DNA of 64,000 bases from Alphaproteobacteria bacterium (GTDB lineage Bacteria > Pseudomonadota > Alphaproteobacteria > RF32 > CAG-239), in the NCBI GenBank assembly GCA_045221335.1, contig JBGUWS010000023.1, positions 16,987 to 80,986 of the forward strand, given 5' to 3'. Below, piece after piece: positions 21,004 through 31,005 of the stretch; position 1 is the stretch's first letter; every line of letters starts with the position of its first letter. Both the position numbers and the translations under genes were made by a program. The notes under the pieces are model-generated. The model was not told the DNA's origin, searched no databases, and saw nothing but the letters and a program-made list of their open reading frames with translations.

Positions 21004-21642
21004 CTATGCTGTTTTATGTTTACGTTTTTCTTGAATTTCCGTATAAGCATTGAGCGCGGGAATAATGATATAATCAATCAATTCAATTTGCTCTTGGGTT
21101 AGTTTTTCGGTAAACAGAGGACGTTTTTCATCAATCATATGAACGTTTATGGGCTTTTTACCGCGATCAACCACGATTTTGATATCCCTGTTATTGTGTG
21201 AGATGTTTAGAGCGTAGTTTTCAACCGGGTGATCATACTCATATGTTTCGCTGAAAACATAGCTGTTTGCCATTTGATATTCTTCCTCATCCTCAAAGAA
21301 AGGGATAACCGTGTAGATGTTTTCATCAAATTGCAGCAATCCGCCGATGCTCTGTTCTTTGAAATGTTTAAAAGAATTGAGGATAATGTGTTTTTGCTCA
21401 TTATATGTCACAATGGCAACAAAATTATGAGTTAAACTGGTTTCATTGTATGCGGCTTCATTGGGAGCAAGGAGGTGAACTTGGTTGTCTTCTGCCTCGG
21501 CTAAATTATCATATAAAGGGTGTCCGGGATGAATAAATTCAATAACAGATTGGCTCCGCTTAAGTTCTATAAATTTCTGCGGTTTAATATATCTTTCATT
21601 TTTTGTACGTGCTTTTAACCAGTCTAATATTTTCATTTTCAT
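21004..21642 (-). CDS. hypothetical protein
   Basis: 212-aa ORF preceded by AAGGAGAT. No domain recognised. Confidence 0.55.
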   Translation of the reverse strand: MKMKILDWLKARTKNERYIKPQKFIELKRSQSVIEFIHPGHPLYDNLAEAEDNQVHLLAPNEAAYNETSLTHNFVAIVTYNEQKHIILNSFKHFKEQSIGGLLQFDENIYTVIPFFEDEEEYQMANSYVFSETYEYDHPVENYALNISHNNRDIKIVVDRGKKPINVHMIDEKRPLFTEKLTQEQIELIDYIIIPALNAYTEIQEKRKHKTA

Positions 21643-21726
21643 CTCCTTTGCTTTTTATGAATATAACATAAAAAACATTCTTCGTAAATACGTTTATCAA
21701 ATAAATGTTAGTAAATCGCTAATTTT

Positions 21727-22146
21727 TTAAGGGTTATCCAGAAAATTGTTAATAAAATCTGTTATGCGGCGGGAAAAATCCTGTTTGTTGTTAACAAGAC
21801 TCTGTAATCCAAAAAGTGTATCATACCCGAAAGCAGCACCGTCAGAAATTCTTATGATAACTAGTGTTAACGGTGCGTACGCCTTAAAAGCCGACATAAA
21901 TTCGGGATGATAATTTGTATCAATCAGATAGGCGTGTAATTTTTTGTTGTAATGTGTTTTTAGGGTATTGATAATCATGTTGATGGCTTTGTCACAATTT
22001 TCGCAAGGGTTGGCGCTGTTATATAAAATAAAAGCTTCCGGAAGTTTTTGGTGTTCCGGATTAATGTAGAGTTTTTCTAATAAAGAATCGGCCAGCAACA
22101 GAGTTGGGTAACATAACCACAACACCAGAAGGAGTGTTTTGTACAT
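21727..22146 (-). CDS. secreted thioredoxin-fold-like protein with a CENC motif
   Basis: Signal peptide MYKTLLLVLWLCYPTLLLA followed by CxxC. Confidence 0.45.
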   Translation of the reverse strand: MYKTLLLVLWLCYPTLLLADSLLEKLYINPEHQKLPEAFILYNSANPCENCDKAINMIINTLKTHYNKKLHAYLIDTNYHPEFMSAFKAYAPLTLVIIRISDGAAFGYDTLFGLQSLVNNKQDFSRRITDFINNFLDNP

Positions 22147-22158
22147 GTTTTATCTACT

Positions 22159-23835
22159 TTATAGAGGGGTGCACGCTTCTTTGAGCCATTCTAATTCTTG
22201 CTTGGTTAAGTATTTTTTTAAGCTAAGAAAAACTTGGCGATGATAGCGATTAACCCAGTTGATCTCATCAGGAGATAACAGATATTTATTAATCAGCTTT
22301 TTATCAATAGGGGCCAAAGTTAAAATTTCAAAATTTAGGTATTTCGGATTTTTTGTGGCCTTAACATAATACAAATTTTCAATTCGGATACCAAAAGCAT
22401 TTTCTTTGTAATATCCGGGTTCAATAGAAGTAATCATACCCGGTTTAAGGGGGGCATTCTTTTTGGCATGTATGCTTATTCGGGCTGGTCCCTCATGAAC
22501 ATTTGAAAAATATCCGACACCATGTCCCGTTCCGTGTTCATAATCAAAACCTTTTTGTAAAAGGGGTTGGCGTGCAATCAAATCCAGTTCATTACCCATT
22601 GTTTGATGTAAGAAAATGCTTGAAGCCAGAGCAATGTGTGATTTTAAGACCAGTGTATTTTTTTCTATCATTTCAGGAGTTGGTTTTCCTAGGGCAATGG
22701 TACGGGTAACATCTGTGGTACCATCATAATATTGGGCGCCGCTATCTATCAATAGAATGGAGTTCTTTTTGAGTACGGCGGATTTTTTTTGTGGGGCATG
22801 ATAATGAACAATGGCGGCATTTTTGCCATATCCGACGATAGGGGCAAAACTTTCGGAAAAGAAGTGCAATTCTTTTTTTCTAAAAGAAAGGAGTTTTTCT
22901 TCAATATCTGTTTCTGTCTTTTCTTTGTAATTTTTTGACAGCCAATGCATGAATTTGGTCAAAGCCACGCCATCACGCAGATGTGCATTGCGTATGCCTT
23001 TTATCTCTGTCGAGTTTTTGACGGCTTTTAATTCGATTATTTTATCAGGAATATTTTTTATTTGCGGGTTAGATGATATAAGTATTTGCGGTGTTGTTTG
23101 AAAATCTGCGCCGAGAGTTTTGTATTTTTTGAGTTCAATTAACAATTGTTTGAAAGTAAGTGCACTTGGGTAGTCCGTATGTTCGGCAAAAACTTTGTAG
23201 GAACCGTCTTTTTCAACGAGGGCATAGGCACGAAACAGCGGTGTATATGGCAGTGCATCGGAGCGTAGATTTAAGAGCCAGGAAACATTTGCTGCGGAGG
23301 TGATGAGATAGGCATCAAGTTTTTGTGATTTTATATATTTTGTAAAGAGCGTGATTTTTTCTTTGGTTACCTGTCCGGTGAATTTTTTTTGATGGGCAAA
23401 AATTCTGACCTTTTTTGCGCTCAAGAGCTTGTCTGGTTTCTCTAAAGCAACAAATTGTGATTTTGGAAGTAAATCTTGCAATTTGCTTATTGTCTCTGCA
23501 CTGACAGTCCAAGGGTTGTAACTGATTTTAGCAGGGGCCTTGGCGTAGTTTTTTCGAAGCCATTCCGAAAAGCTTATCTCGGATAGTTTAACAATTTCAA
23601 CCTGATGTGGGTTGGTTTCTTTTTTGGCTTGTAATTCGTATCGGCCGTCAACAAACAGATAAGCTTTGGATGTGGTCACAAATAGCAAGGCATATGAACC
23701 GCTAAAACCGGTTAGTTCTAAAATGGGATTTTCTTCCGGTAAGATATCTTCGTTAATAAAAAGGTTACCAAGTGTTAAGAAGCATCCGGTAAGGTGTTCT
23801 TTTTTGAGTTCTTTTTGTATCGTTTTGATATCCAT
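22159..23835 (-). CDS. Xaa-Pro aminopeptidase (M24B, aminopeptidase P family)
   Basis: M24 metal-binding motifs HGTGHGVG...EPGYY, with an N-terminal creatinase-like domain. Confidence 0.85.
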   Translation of the reverse strand: MDIKTIQKELKKEHLTGCFLTLGNLFINEDILPEENPILELTGFSGSYALLFVTTSKAYLFVDGRYELQAKKETNPHQVEIVKLSEISFSEWLRKNYAKAPAKISYNPWTVSAETISKLQDLLPKSQFVALEKPDKLLSAKKVRIFAHQKKFTGQVTKEKITLFTKYIKSQKLDAYLITSAANVSWLLNLRSDALPYTPLFRAYALVEKDGSYKVFAEHTDYPSALTFKQLLIELKKYKTLGADFQTTPQILISSNPQIKNIPDKIIELKAVKNSTEIKGIRNAHLRDGVALTKFMHWLSKNYKEKTETDIEEKLLSFRKKELHFFSESFAPIVGYGKNAAIVHYHAPQKKSAVLKKNSILLIDSGAQYYDGTTDVTRTIALGKPTPEMIEKNTLVLKSHIALASSIFLHQTMGNELDLIARQPLLQKGFDYEHGTGHGVGYFSNVHEGPARISIHAKKNAPLKPGMITSIEPGYYKENAFGIRIENLYYVKATKNPKYLNFEILTLAPIDKKLINKYLLSPDEINWVNRYHRQVFLSLKKYLTKQELEWLKEACTPL

Positions 23836-23853
23836 GCGATTTCCTTTCAGAAA

Positions 23854-24768
23854 TTATTTTTGCAAAAGAGCGGCCCGCCAGTTATCCATTTTGTAAGTCT
23901 TTAGCAAATTAAAACCCAAGTCTTGATGGTATTTTATGATGTCTTGTTCTTGGTTGTCAATAAATCCGGAAATTAAATAACAACCATCTTTTTTTAAGGA
24001 TTGATAGGCTCTTTTTGCCATTGTTTTAAGCGGATTTGCCAGAATGTTGGCAAAGATAAGATTGTAAGGGGCATTTTGTTTGATGAGGGGATTTTTATAG
24101 CCATCACTTAAAATTGCCATCAGGTTTTTATTAACATCATTGGTCACAGCATTATTAGTTGTAACATCTACAGATTCCGGATCAATATCTGCGGCAATAA
24201 CTTTGGGGTGATTGTTCCAGATTTTTATGGCGGCAATTGATAAAATTCCGGATCCCGATCCCATATCAAGAATATTGTTTATTGATATATTTTTTTGATG
24301 CAATTCAGAGATTGCCGTCAAACACATTTTTGTGGTTTGATGTTCTGAACCAAATGCTGTTGCCGCATATATTTGCAAGGGAATTTTTTTTGTTTTCGGG
24401 CAGTGTGGTTCATGGATGCCATATACCAAAAAACTGCCAATTTCAAAAGGAGCAAATTTGATGACGTTTTCTTTAAGCCAATTTTTGCTTTCTAAAATTT
24501 CTTCTTGAAATTGGGGTAAGTTGTAGCCATTTTGTTTTATTTGGCGGTGAAATTTTTTGGTATCGAAATCAAGAGGCGCATAGCCGACATATTCTTCTTT
24601 TCCATCGTCGGTATAGTTAATGACAACGACATCAAACGTTTCTTCTAAAAAGCCGGCTTCCCTTTGAGGCAGAACATCTAAAGGAAGAAATTTAATCAGT
24701 TTGCAACTTTGTTTTATGTTATGCATAGGTTTACCTTTTTTATTTACAAGTACTAAATGTTGTTGCAT
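23854..24768 (-). CDS. prmA: ribosomal protein L11 methyltransferase
   Basis: SAM-binding motif DMGSGSGILSIAA and the PrmA architecture. The start may be the internal ATG at 24726. Confidence 0.8.
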   Translation of the reverse strand: MQQHLVLVNKKGKPMHNIKQSCKLIKFLPLDVLPQREAGFLEETFDVVVINYTDDGKEEYVGYAPLDFDTKKFHRQIKQNGYNLPQFQEEILESKNWLKENVIKFAPFEIGSFLVYGIHEPHCPKTKKIPLQIYAATAFGSEHQTTKMCLTAISELHQKNISINNILDMGSGSGILSIAAIKIWNNHPKVIAADIDPESVDVTTNNAVTNDVNKNLMAILSDGYKNPLIKQNAPYNLIFANILANPLKTMAKRAYQSLKKDGCYLISGFIDNQEQDIIKYHQDLGFNLLKTYKMDNWRAALLQK

Positions 24769-24805
24769 AAATATAGTCAGGAAAATGTTAAAAAGAGATT
24801 ATATT

Positions 24806-25579
24806 ATGAGAAAAATATTCATCTGTTTAGCTATTTTAGTTTTATCTTCCTGTAATACTTATCTTAAGGGAGATTATACTTTAGGCAAACGCAATACGTT
24901 TAATGACTTCTTTTATACATATGCTATTCGTTACTATCACGATAATTCTGCAATGAGTTCAGATGTTGAGATGGAAACAGTAAGTGATTATAAACCCGGT
25001 ATGACAAATCATATTGCTCCTGGTGGTGTTGTTGTTTCTTCCAAAGTTGTGCAACGAGAAGTTTCTTCAGCAGTATGTGTTCGTCCTAATAAAAAGGGTG
25101 CGCTGGTTTCTTATACTGTGCCAGTTGAGTTGACGGACAAGATGGCTTATGAGGTCATTGGCGAATCGGATATCAATGGTGTTACATATCGACTTCTTGA
25201 GCCAAATCGTTTGGGCGATGTGGTTTTGATTGATATGAAAGGGGATGTTTACCCGCGTGTCGGTCGAATCTATAATGGTCGTTTGGCCCTTTTAGATACC
25301 GCATTTTTGCTTGAACCGGAGGATGTCTTTTTTGTTAATGAGGAAAGTGAGCAGTCCGGATCAGATGAGGAGGTTGTGTCTGGTTTTGAAATCCGTTATC
25401 AAGGGGTAGAAAATTATCGGATGGTCTTTGAGAGTGTTGAATGGCGGTCTGATGGGTCTGAGGATCATGAAGTATATACGTTCCCGGTAAATGACAGGGA
25501 GGTTTCCATTGATGGTGTTGATATTGAGATCTTGGATATTGACGGCAGTGGTTTAGATTATAGGATCTTAGCACTCTGA
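24806..25579 (+). CDS. lipoprotein (LSSC lipobox)
   Basis: MRKIFICLAILVLSSC at the ATG at 24806. The upstream extension in the ORF track is unlikely to be real. Confidence 0.6.
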   Translation: MRKIFICLAILVLSSCNTYLKGDYTLGKRNTFNDFFYTYAIRYYHDNSAMSSDVEMETVSDYKPGMTNHIAPGGVVVSSKVVQREVSSAVCVRPNKKGALVSYTVPVELTDKMAYEVIGESDINGVTYRLLEPNRLGDVVLIDMKGDVYPRVGRIYNGRLALLDTAFLLEPEDVFFVNEESEQSGSDEEVVSGFEIRYQGVENYRMVFESVEWRSDGSEDHEVYTFPVNDREVSIDGVDIEILDIDGSGLDYRILAL

Positions 25580-25601
25580 TTTCGATGGAAAGTGAACTTT
25601 T

Positions 25602-25627
25602 AGCGGCTTTATAGCCGCTTTTTTTTA
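25602..25627 (+). terminator. rho-independent terminator AGCGGCT-TTAT-AGCCGCT followed by T8
   Basis: Seen directly, downstream of the lipoprotein gene. Confidence 0.65.
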
Positions 25628-25706
25628 TATGTGGTTTCTTTATAGACTAAAATAGAGGTTTAAGTGCATCTTAGAAAAACTATTTAGAAAATATGGAGGA
25701 AAAAAG

Positions 25707-26018
25707 ATGCGTTTTATAAAACCGGAAAGCTTAAGTGAAGATTCAATTATTTTGGATGTTCGCAGTGAGATTGAATACAGGCAGGAGCGGTTGGCTTTGC
25801 CGCATATTTTGATTAAGGCAGATAAAGTTGATCCGGAACAATTTATGGCTGAATATAATCCTCAAGGGGATAAGACTGTTAATATTCTTTGTACTTCCGG
25901 TGGTATTGCTTCTGAAGTGGCTGAGCGTTTTGAGGAAGCCGGTTATGATAATGTTGCGGTAGTAGTTGGTGGAATTATTGAAGCAGAATATGAGGGCATT
26001 CAGGTGCTTAAGAATTAA
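25707..26018 (+). CDS. rhodanese-domain protein (single domain, active-site Cys in ILCTSGGIAS)
   Basis: GGAGGA as a Shine-Dalgarno sequence. Rhodanese CX5 loop present. Confidence 0.8.
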   Translation: MRFIKPESLSEDSIILDVRSEIEYRQERLALPHILIKADKVDPEQFMAEYNPQGDKTVNILCTSGGIASEVAERFEEAGYDNVAVVVGGIIEAEYEGIQVLKN

Positions 26019-26080
26019 TTTGACAAGGTATTAAAAATTTGATAAACTTAGGCCATAGTTAATGTGAGGAGAATATTGCT

Positions 26081-26524
26081 ATGACTGATTGTAATTTGAG
26101 GATACCTTTGCCTCGTTCGTCTTTTCTTTATTATACCAAAATGGTTAAGGATGGTAATGTGGTACAACTTTTTGATGGTGAACAATTGGTTACAACAGTT
26201 AAGTTTGAAAATAAAAATCAAGTTGAGTGTGATTTGGGGAAGCGACTCATTAGGGGAGAATATGATACTAAAAAGAAAAAATGGAATTTTAGCGAAAATA
26301 TATGGTTTCATGATAACGGACGAGTGTTTGAGGCATCAAAGTATGATAGATTTAATGAGAGGGGTTATCGGATTATGAATTCGTTTAATTGCAGCTCATC
26401 TGAGTTTGGTCAATGCGTACGTTTTTTTAATGCACTCAGAAATTTTTACTTAAGTGATAGAAAAGAGTGTAATGGCGTTTTTTCTTTAAGGGCATACGTC
26501 AAAAGTGGAAAAATATCTCGTTGA
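26081..26524 (+). CDS. hypothetical protein
   Basis: 147-aa ORF with a GAGGAG Shine-Dalgarno sequence. No domain recognised. Confidence 0.5.
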   Translation: MTDCNLRIPLPRSSFLYYTKMVKDGNVVQLFDGEQLVTTVKFENKNQVECDLGKRLIRGEYDTKKKKWNFSENIWFHDNGRVFEASKYDRFNERGYRIMNSFNCSSSEFGQCVRFFNALRNFYLSDRKECNGVFSLRAYVKSGKISR

Positions 26525-26588
26525 ATGTTATAAAATTCTTGTATCCTTTAAAAACTCCTTTTATGATGCGAAGAAAAGGAGTTTTTTT

Positions 26589-27209
26589 ATGCCTGATTTT
26601 GAATTGGAAGATAAATGTTTTGGAATTGTGGCCGGTGTTGATGAGGCCGGACGAGGACCGTGGGTCGGTCCGGTTGTTGCCGGTTGTGTGACTTTCTTAA
26701 ATAGGGAAGTTCATCCGATGCTTTTGAAGGAACTTAATGATTCTAAAAAGCTTTCTAAAAAAAAGCGTGAAATGCTTTATGATTTGATACAAGAAGAAGC
26801 AAAGAAGGGGCATATGATGATTGGTATCGGAGAAGCCAGTGCCAAGGAAATTGATGATATTAATATTTTAAATGCTTCTTTTTTGGCCATGAAAAGGGCT
26901 TTGATTGCAGCAAAGGTTTGCCCTGATTTGGTTTTGGTTGATGGTAATCGGGAACCGAAAGATTTTGGCTGTGCGGTTAAGGCCGTAATTAAAGGTGATG
27001 CAAAATCTTATTCTGTTTCTGCGGCTTCTATTTTAGCAAAGGTTTATCGTGACAGGTTGATGGAAAAAATGGCTCTTAAATATCCGGGATATGGTTTTGA
27101 GAAAAACGCGGGTTATGGAACCAAAGCGCATATTGAGGGGTTAAAGCAACTTGGTATTACGCCTGAACACAGGCGTTCTTATGCGCCGATTAAGGCATTT
27201 ATAAAATAA
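26589..27209 (+). CDS. rnhB: ribonuclease HII
   Basis: GIVAGVDEAGRGPWVGPVVAG catalytic motif. ATG at 26589. Confidence 0.9.
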   Translation: MPDFELEDKCFGIVAGVDEAGRGPWVGPVVAGCVTFLNREVHPMLLKELNDSKKLSKKKREMLYDLIQEEAKKGHMMIGIGEASAKEIDDINILNASFLAMKRALIAAKVCPDLVLVDGNREPKDFGCAVKAVIKGDAKSYSVSAASILAKVYRDRLMEKMALKYPGYGFEKNAGYGTKAHIEGLKQLGITPEHRRSYAPIKAFIK

Positions 27210-27280
27210 GGATGATAAGAGACGTTTTGTTGTTTATAATTTTCAAATTATGCTGATATTCTTTAGGATGTTATTGTACG

Positions 27281-27985
27281 ATGAGTGGCATAATTTTAAT
27301 TAAAGAGGCTTTTATGTTACGTCAAAAATTTTTATCTCCTTTTTTTGCACCAATAGTTTTTGTTTTTCTTTGGCTCGGTGTCGTTTGCTGTGTGTATATG
27401 TTTGTGCCGGCAGGAGATATTTTACATCAGACACTTGATGGTAAATGTATTGATATTGTGGCAAAATGCGGTTATTTAATGTTGCTCTTGCTGTTGTTTT
27501 TGTGGGCTGATGATTATAGAGATAAAATACGTAGTTGGGGGCTGTTTATCTTTTTTGCTTTAATTTGTTATTTACGCGAATCGGGAATTCAACATTGTTT
27601 ATCAACAACAGATACGACACCTTTTAAGTCTCGTTTTTTCTTGAATCCGGAAAATCCGATATATGAAAAAATTATTTATGGTTCGGTTTTGTTGTTTATT
27701 TTTTTAGGACTTGTCTATTTTGCTTTTAGGTACAGCAAATATTTATTTCATTCTTTCTTTAAGTTGGATACTGTTACATGGAGTATTGCGACATTATGTA
27801 CAGCGGGTGTTGCTTCAAAGATTATTGATCGCTTTCCATCAAATTACCATAAAATAAGCGGTGGAAGGTTGTCAGAAGGTGTTTATACCTTTTTGCAGGT
27901 TTTAGAAGAAAGTTGTGAGATGTTTTTGCCTTATTTAGCTATTTTGGTTTTATGCCAGTATCATTTTAAGTCTGTCAAAGGATAG
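27281..27985 (+). CDS. polytopic membrane protein, hypothetical
   Basis: 6-7 hydrophobic helices. Confidence 0.5.
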   Translation: MSGIILIKEAFMLRQKFLSPFFAPIVFVFLWLGVVCCVYMFVPAGDILHQTLDGKCIDIVAKCGYLMLLLLLFLWADDYRDKIRSWGLFIFFALICYLRESGIQHCLSTTDTTPFKSRFFLNPENPIYEKIIYGSVLLFIFLGLVYFAFRYSKYLFHSFFKLDTVTWSIATLCTAGVASKIIDRFPSNYHKISGGRLSEGVYTFLQVLEESCEMFLPYLAILVLCQYHFKSVKG

Positions 27986-28002
27986 TTTTTTTTAAAAATG
28001 AC

Positions 28003-28031
28003 TTGCAAGATATTTTAAAAAATGTTATATT
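28003..28031 (+). promoter_or_regulatory. candidate sigma70 promoter TTGCAA-17-TATATT upstream of 28084
   Basis: TTGCAA at 28003-28008, a 17-nt spacer, then TATATT at 28026-28031. Confidence 0.4.
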
Positions 28032-28083
28032 GAATTTCAAACGAAAATTTTTGGGTATTACACTATACATTTTTTAAATAATT

Positions 28084-28620
28084 ATGCGAACTTTAAATTT
28101 GGGCGGATTTTTGCTCTCCGCGGAAGATGAAATGGAGCAGACAGAAGGAGTAGTATTAGGTACGAAAATCACTGTTTCTAGGGATGGCGAAATCATTCTT
28201 GAGGGCGTATGTGAGTTTCGTGTCCTGACGACCGATACTTCTTACATGTATCGTCAGAAGCCTGGCGATTTTTTGACGTTGGTTATGCCGGGGTATCAGC
28301 TCAGCGGACCGGAGCTGGAGCCGAGCAGGTTCACCCCTGGGCTTGTCACAGGGCGCGACATCGAGGTGAGGTCCAACACTCAAGAGGTCATTCAGACAGG
28401 AGTTCGAGGTTTCTTAGCTGGCAAAAATGGGAAAGACTACATTTCCCGTGGGGCTGATGGCTCTTGGAGTCTTACCAAAGGAAACGGTAAAACGAAAGGT
28501 GAACTAAGAGATGTGAACATTATCATCAAGGGCACCAATCACGGCGTTTTCCTGGATGAGCGAGGCAAGCTCCGCGAGGAGTTAGCTAACCCGAGGCGTC
28601 CAACAATACAAATCAAGTAA
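28084..28620 (+). CDS. hypothetical protein encoded by a compositionally foreign (~50% GC) gene
   Basis: 178-aa ORF whose GC and codon usage are clearly unlike its neighbours. It has its own promoter-like element and a perfect terminator. No domain recognised. Confidence 0.6.
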   Translation: MRTLNLGGFLLSAEDEMEQTEGVVLGTKITVSRDGEIILEGVCEFRVLTTDTSYMYRQKPGDFLTLVMPGYQLSGPELEPSRFTPGLVTGRDIEVRSNTQEVIQTGVRGFLAGKNGKDYISRGADGSWSLTKGNGKTKGELRDVNIIIKGTNHGVFLDERGKLREELANPRRPTIQIK

Positions 28621-28645
28621 GGAGACGACGTTTCAAAGAAAAACA

Positions 28646-28682
28646 GGAGAGCAAGCCGCAAGGCTTGCTCTCCTCGTTTTTT
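28646..28682. terminator. perfect 12-bp hairpin GGAGAGCAAGCC-GCAA-GGCTTGCTCTCC followed by T6, bidirectional (also serves ftsH)
   Basis: Seen directly. Confidence 0.85.
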
Positions 28683-28688
28683 AAATGA

Positions 28689-30554
28689 TTATAATTCCGG
28701 AACAGAAGCTTTGGTTCTTTTTTCTTCGGAAACGGGAGCATCTTTGGTCTTATCTATTTCTTTACCGGCTAAGATTTCTTTTATTTCATCACCGGTTAGG
28801 GTTTCATATTCCATCAATGCTTTTGCCAGGGTTTCCCAATCTTTTTTGTGTTTTTGTAAAATCTTTTTGGCCTCTTCATAGCCGTCAGTGACAAGGCGCT
28901 TGATTTCTGCATCAACCAAACGTGCCGTTTCCTCACTCATATTTTGGTTTTGGGTGACAGCGCGTCCTAAGAAAACCTCATTAGAATTATCCGAATAACG
29001 AATCGGGCCTAAAATATCGCTCATTCCCCACTCCGTGACCATAGCGCGTGCTAAGTTTGTCGCGGCATTAATATCTGATGAGGCCCCGGATGTCACGGCT
29101 TCATAGCCGAATTTTAATTCTTCTGCGACGCGTCCGCCCATCATAATGACTAAGCGAGAGAGCATTTGTGTGCGTGAATATGAGTAACGATCTTTTTCAG
29201 GTAATTGCTGAACCATGCCCAGTGCCCGACCGCGCGGAATGATGGTCGCCTTATGTATCGGATCCGTGTCCTTGACATTTAATGAGCAAATAGCATGACC
29301 GGCTTCGTGATAAGCGGTTAACTTCTTTTCCTTTTCATCCATTGCCATGGATTTACGTTCATTACCCATCAATACTTTATCTTTGGCATCATCAAAATCA
29401 GAAGAGCTGACTTTGAGTTTGTTTTTGCGGGCAGCAAGGAGGGCAGCTTCGTTGACCAAGTTGGCTAAATCTGCACCGGAAAAACCGGGTGTGCCACGGG
29501 CAACAATGCTTAAATCCACATCCTTACCTAAAGGTACTTTACGGGTATGTACTTTTAAGATTTCTTCTCGACCTTTAACATCCGGATTGCTGACTGTTAC
29601 CTGACGGTCAAAACGTCCGGGACGGAGTAATGCCGGATCTAAGACATCAGGTCTGTTGGTTGCAGCAATTAAAATGACATTTTCATTTGCTTCAAAGCCA
29701 TCCATTTCCACCAACAATTGGTTTAACGTCTGTTCGCGTTCATCATTGCCACCGCCTAAACCCGCACCACGGTGACGACCGACAGCATCTATTTCATCAA
29801 TAAACAGCAAGCAGGGCGCATTTTTTTTGGCCTGAGCAAACATATCGCGAACACGTGATGCGCCGACTCCGACAAACATCTCCACAAAGTCAGAACCGGA
29901 AATTGAGAAGAACGGTACATCTGCTTCGCCGGCGACAGCTTTGGCTAATAAAGTCTTACCTGTTCCCGGGGGGCCAACCAGAAGAACACCCTTTGGTATT
30001 TTACCGCCGAGACGCTGAAATTTTTGCGGATCTTTTAAGAAATCGATGATTTCCTCTAATTCTTGTTTGCTTTCTTCTGCGCCGGCTACGTCGGCGAAAG
30101 TTACCTTTTTTGTATTTTCAATTAATCGGGCACGTGATTTTCCGAAGCTTAAAGCTTTGTTGTTGCCGGCACTTGCCTGACGCATGAAAAATACCCAGAT
30201 AGCAATTAACAAAAACATCGGAAACCAGGAGATAACAATGCCCCAAAAAGTATTTTCAGATGTATCTATTGGTTGTGCTTCTATTTTAACACCAAATTTT
30301 CTTAAGGTATCAATCATGTTCGGATCATATGGTGCATAGGTGTGGAAGGCTGTTCCGTCCGTATATGTGCCGTTAATATCATGTCCGATGACTGTGACGG
30401 AACTGATGTTGTTATTCTCAACCTTGTCCATGAAGTCGGAAAAGGCTACTTGAGTAACATTGTTGCGATTGTTGTTTGGACCGATGTTATTGAAAATGAT
30501 GCTTAATAGTATAATAGTGGCAATCCAGAATAAAATACTTTTTGAGTTTTTCAT
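28689..30554 (-). CDS. ftsH: ATP-dependent zinc metalloprotease FtsH
   Basis: AAA+ Walker [12 protein letters not shown] motif and HEAGH zinc motif, with an N-terminal TM pair. Confidence 0.95.
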   Translation of the reverse strand: MKNSKSILFWIATIILLSIIFNNIGPNNNRNNVTQVAFSDFMDKVENNNISSVTVIGHDINGTYTDGTAFHTYAPYDPNMIDTLRKFGVKIEAQPIDTSENTFWGIVISWFPMFLLIAIWVFFMRQASAGNNKALSFGKSRARLIENTKKVTFADVAGAEESKQELEEIIDFLKDPQKFQRLGGKIPKGVLLVGPPGTGKTLLAKAVAGEADVPFFSISGSDFVEMFVGVGASRVRDMFAQAKKNAPCLLFIDEIDAVGRHRGAGLGGGNDEREQTLNQLLVEMDGFEANENVILIAATNRPDVLDPALLRPGRFDRQVTVSNPDVKGREEILKVHTRKVPLGKDVDLSIVARGTPGFSGADLANLVNEAALLAARKNKLKVSSSDFDDAKDKVLMGNERKSMAMDEKEKKLTAYHEAGHAICSLNVKDTDPIHKATIIPRGRALGMVQQLPEKDRYSYSRTQMLSRLVIMMGGRVAEELKFGYEAVTSGASSDINAATNLARAMVTEWGMSDILGPIRYSDNSNEVFLGRAVTQNQNMSEETARLVDAEIKRLVTDGYEEAKKILQKHKKDWETLAKALMEYETLTGDEIKEILAGKEIDKTKDAPVSEEKRTKASVPEL

Positions 30555-30671
30555 CTCTTGTCTTCATCCTATTGATAATAAAGTTTAGTTGACCTATATG
30601 TAAATTTGATAATACTTTATATATAAGTTAGAAAACATTAAAACTCAACAGCTATTTTTGTTTTTGGGATA

Positions 30672-30910
30672 TTTAGAGACAAAAAAAAAGAGCTCAGCTA
30701 AGCTCATAACAGAAGAAGGCGGGCGGACGTTCAGAAACCGTAAGCAACAGACGGCTCGACTTATTTGAAAACTCTTATTCGTCGACGTCCGACCTATATT
30801 TGTGCAATGCTTAATGTCATGTGCACTTTGACAGTTGCCTACAAAGGATTCTGAAGTCCTTTAAATATGCTCCACTAACAAAGCTTATTCTTGTATATAC
30901 CGGATTATAT
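30672..30910 (-). ncRNA. candidate structured small RNA (or a long structured ccrM 3'UTR) ending in an intrinsic terminator
   Basis: GC-rich island within an AT-rich spacer. Nested helices GGACG[TCGAC..GTCGA]G[CCGT..ACGG]...CGTCC. Minus-strand terminator gagcuuagcugagcuc followed by U9 at + 30672-30700. A possible minus promoter lies near 30905-30945. Confidence 0.3.
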
Positions 30911-31005
30911 ATTTTTTCAAGTATTTTTTTAAATTTTTCGTAAAAAATTCTGGATTATTGCGTGAGGATTATTCAGAAAAGAAAGTGTTTGAAGCTAACG
31001 ATTTT

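Noticed and set aside
29347-30049. Plus-strand ORFs antisense to ftsH
   Set aside because: Artefacts of the GC-moderate ftsH coding strand.
30700-30900. Possibility that the GC-rich spacer element is RNase P RNA, SRP RNA or 6S RNA
   Set aside because: It is too short for RNase P and lacks the GGAAAGUCCGG P4 motif. It has no SRP domain IV motif (GGAAGCAGCCAAGG) and no 6S-type central bubble with paired ends that I could trace. It is kept only as an unclassified candidate sRNA.
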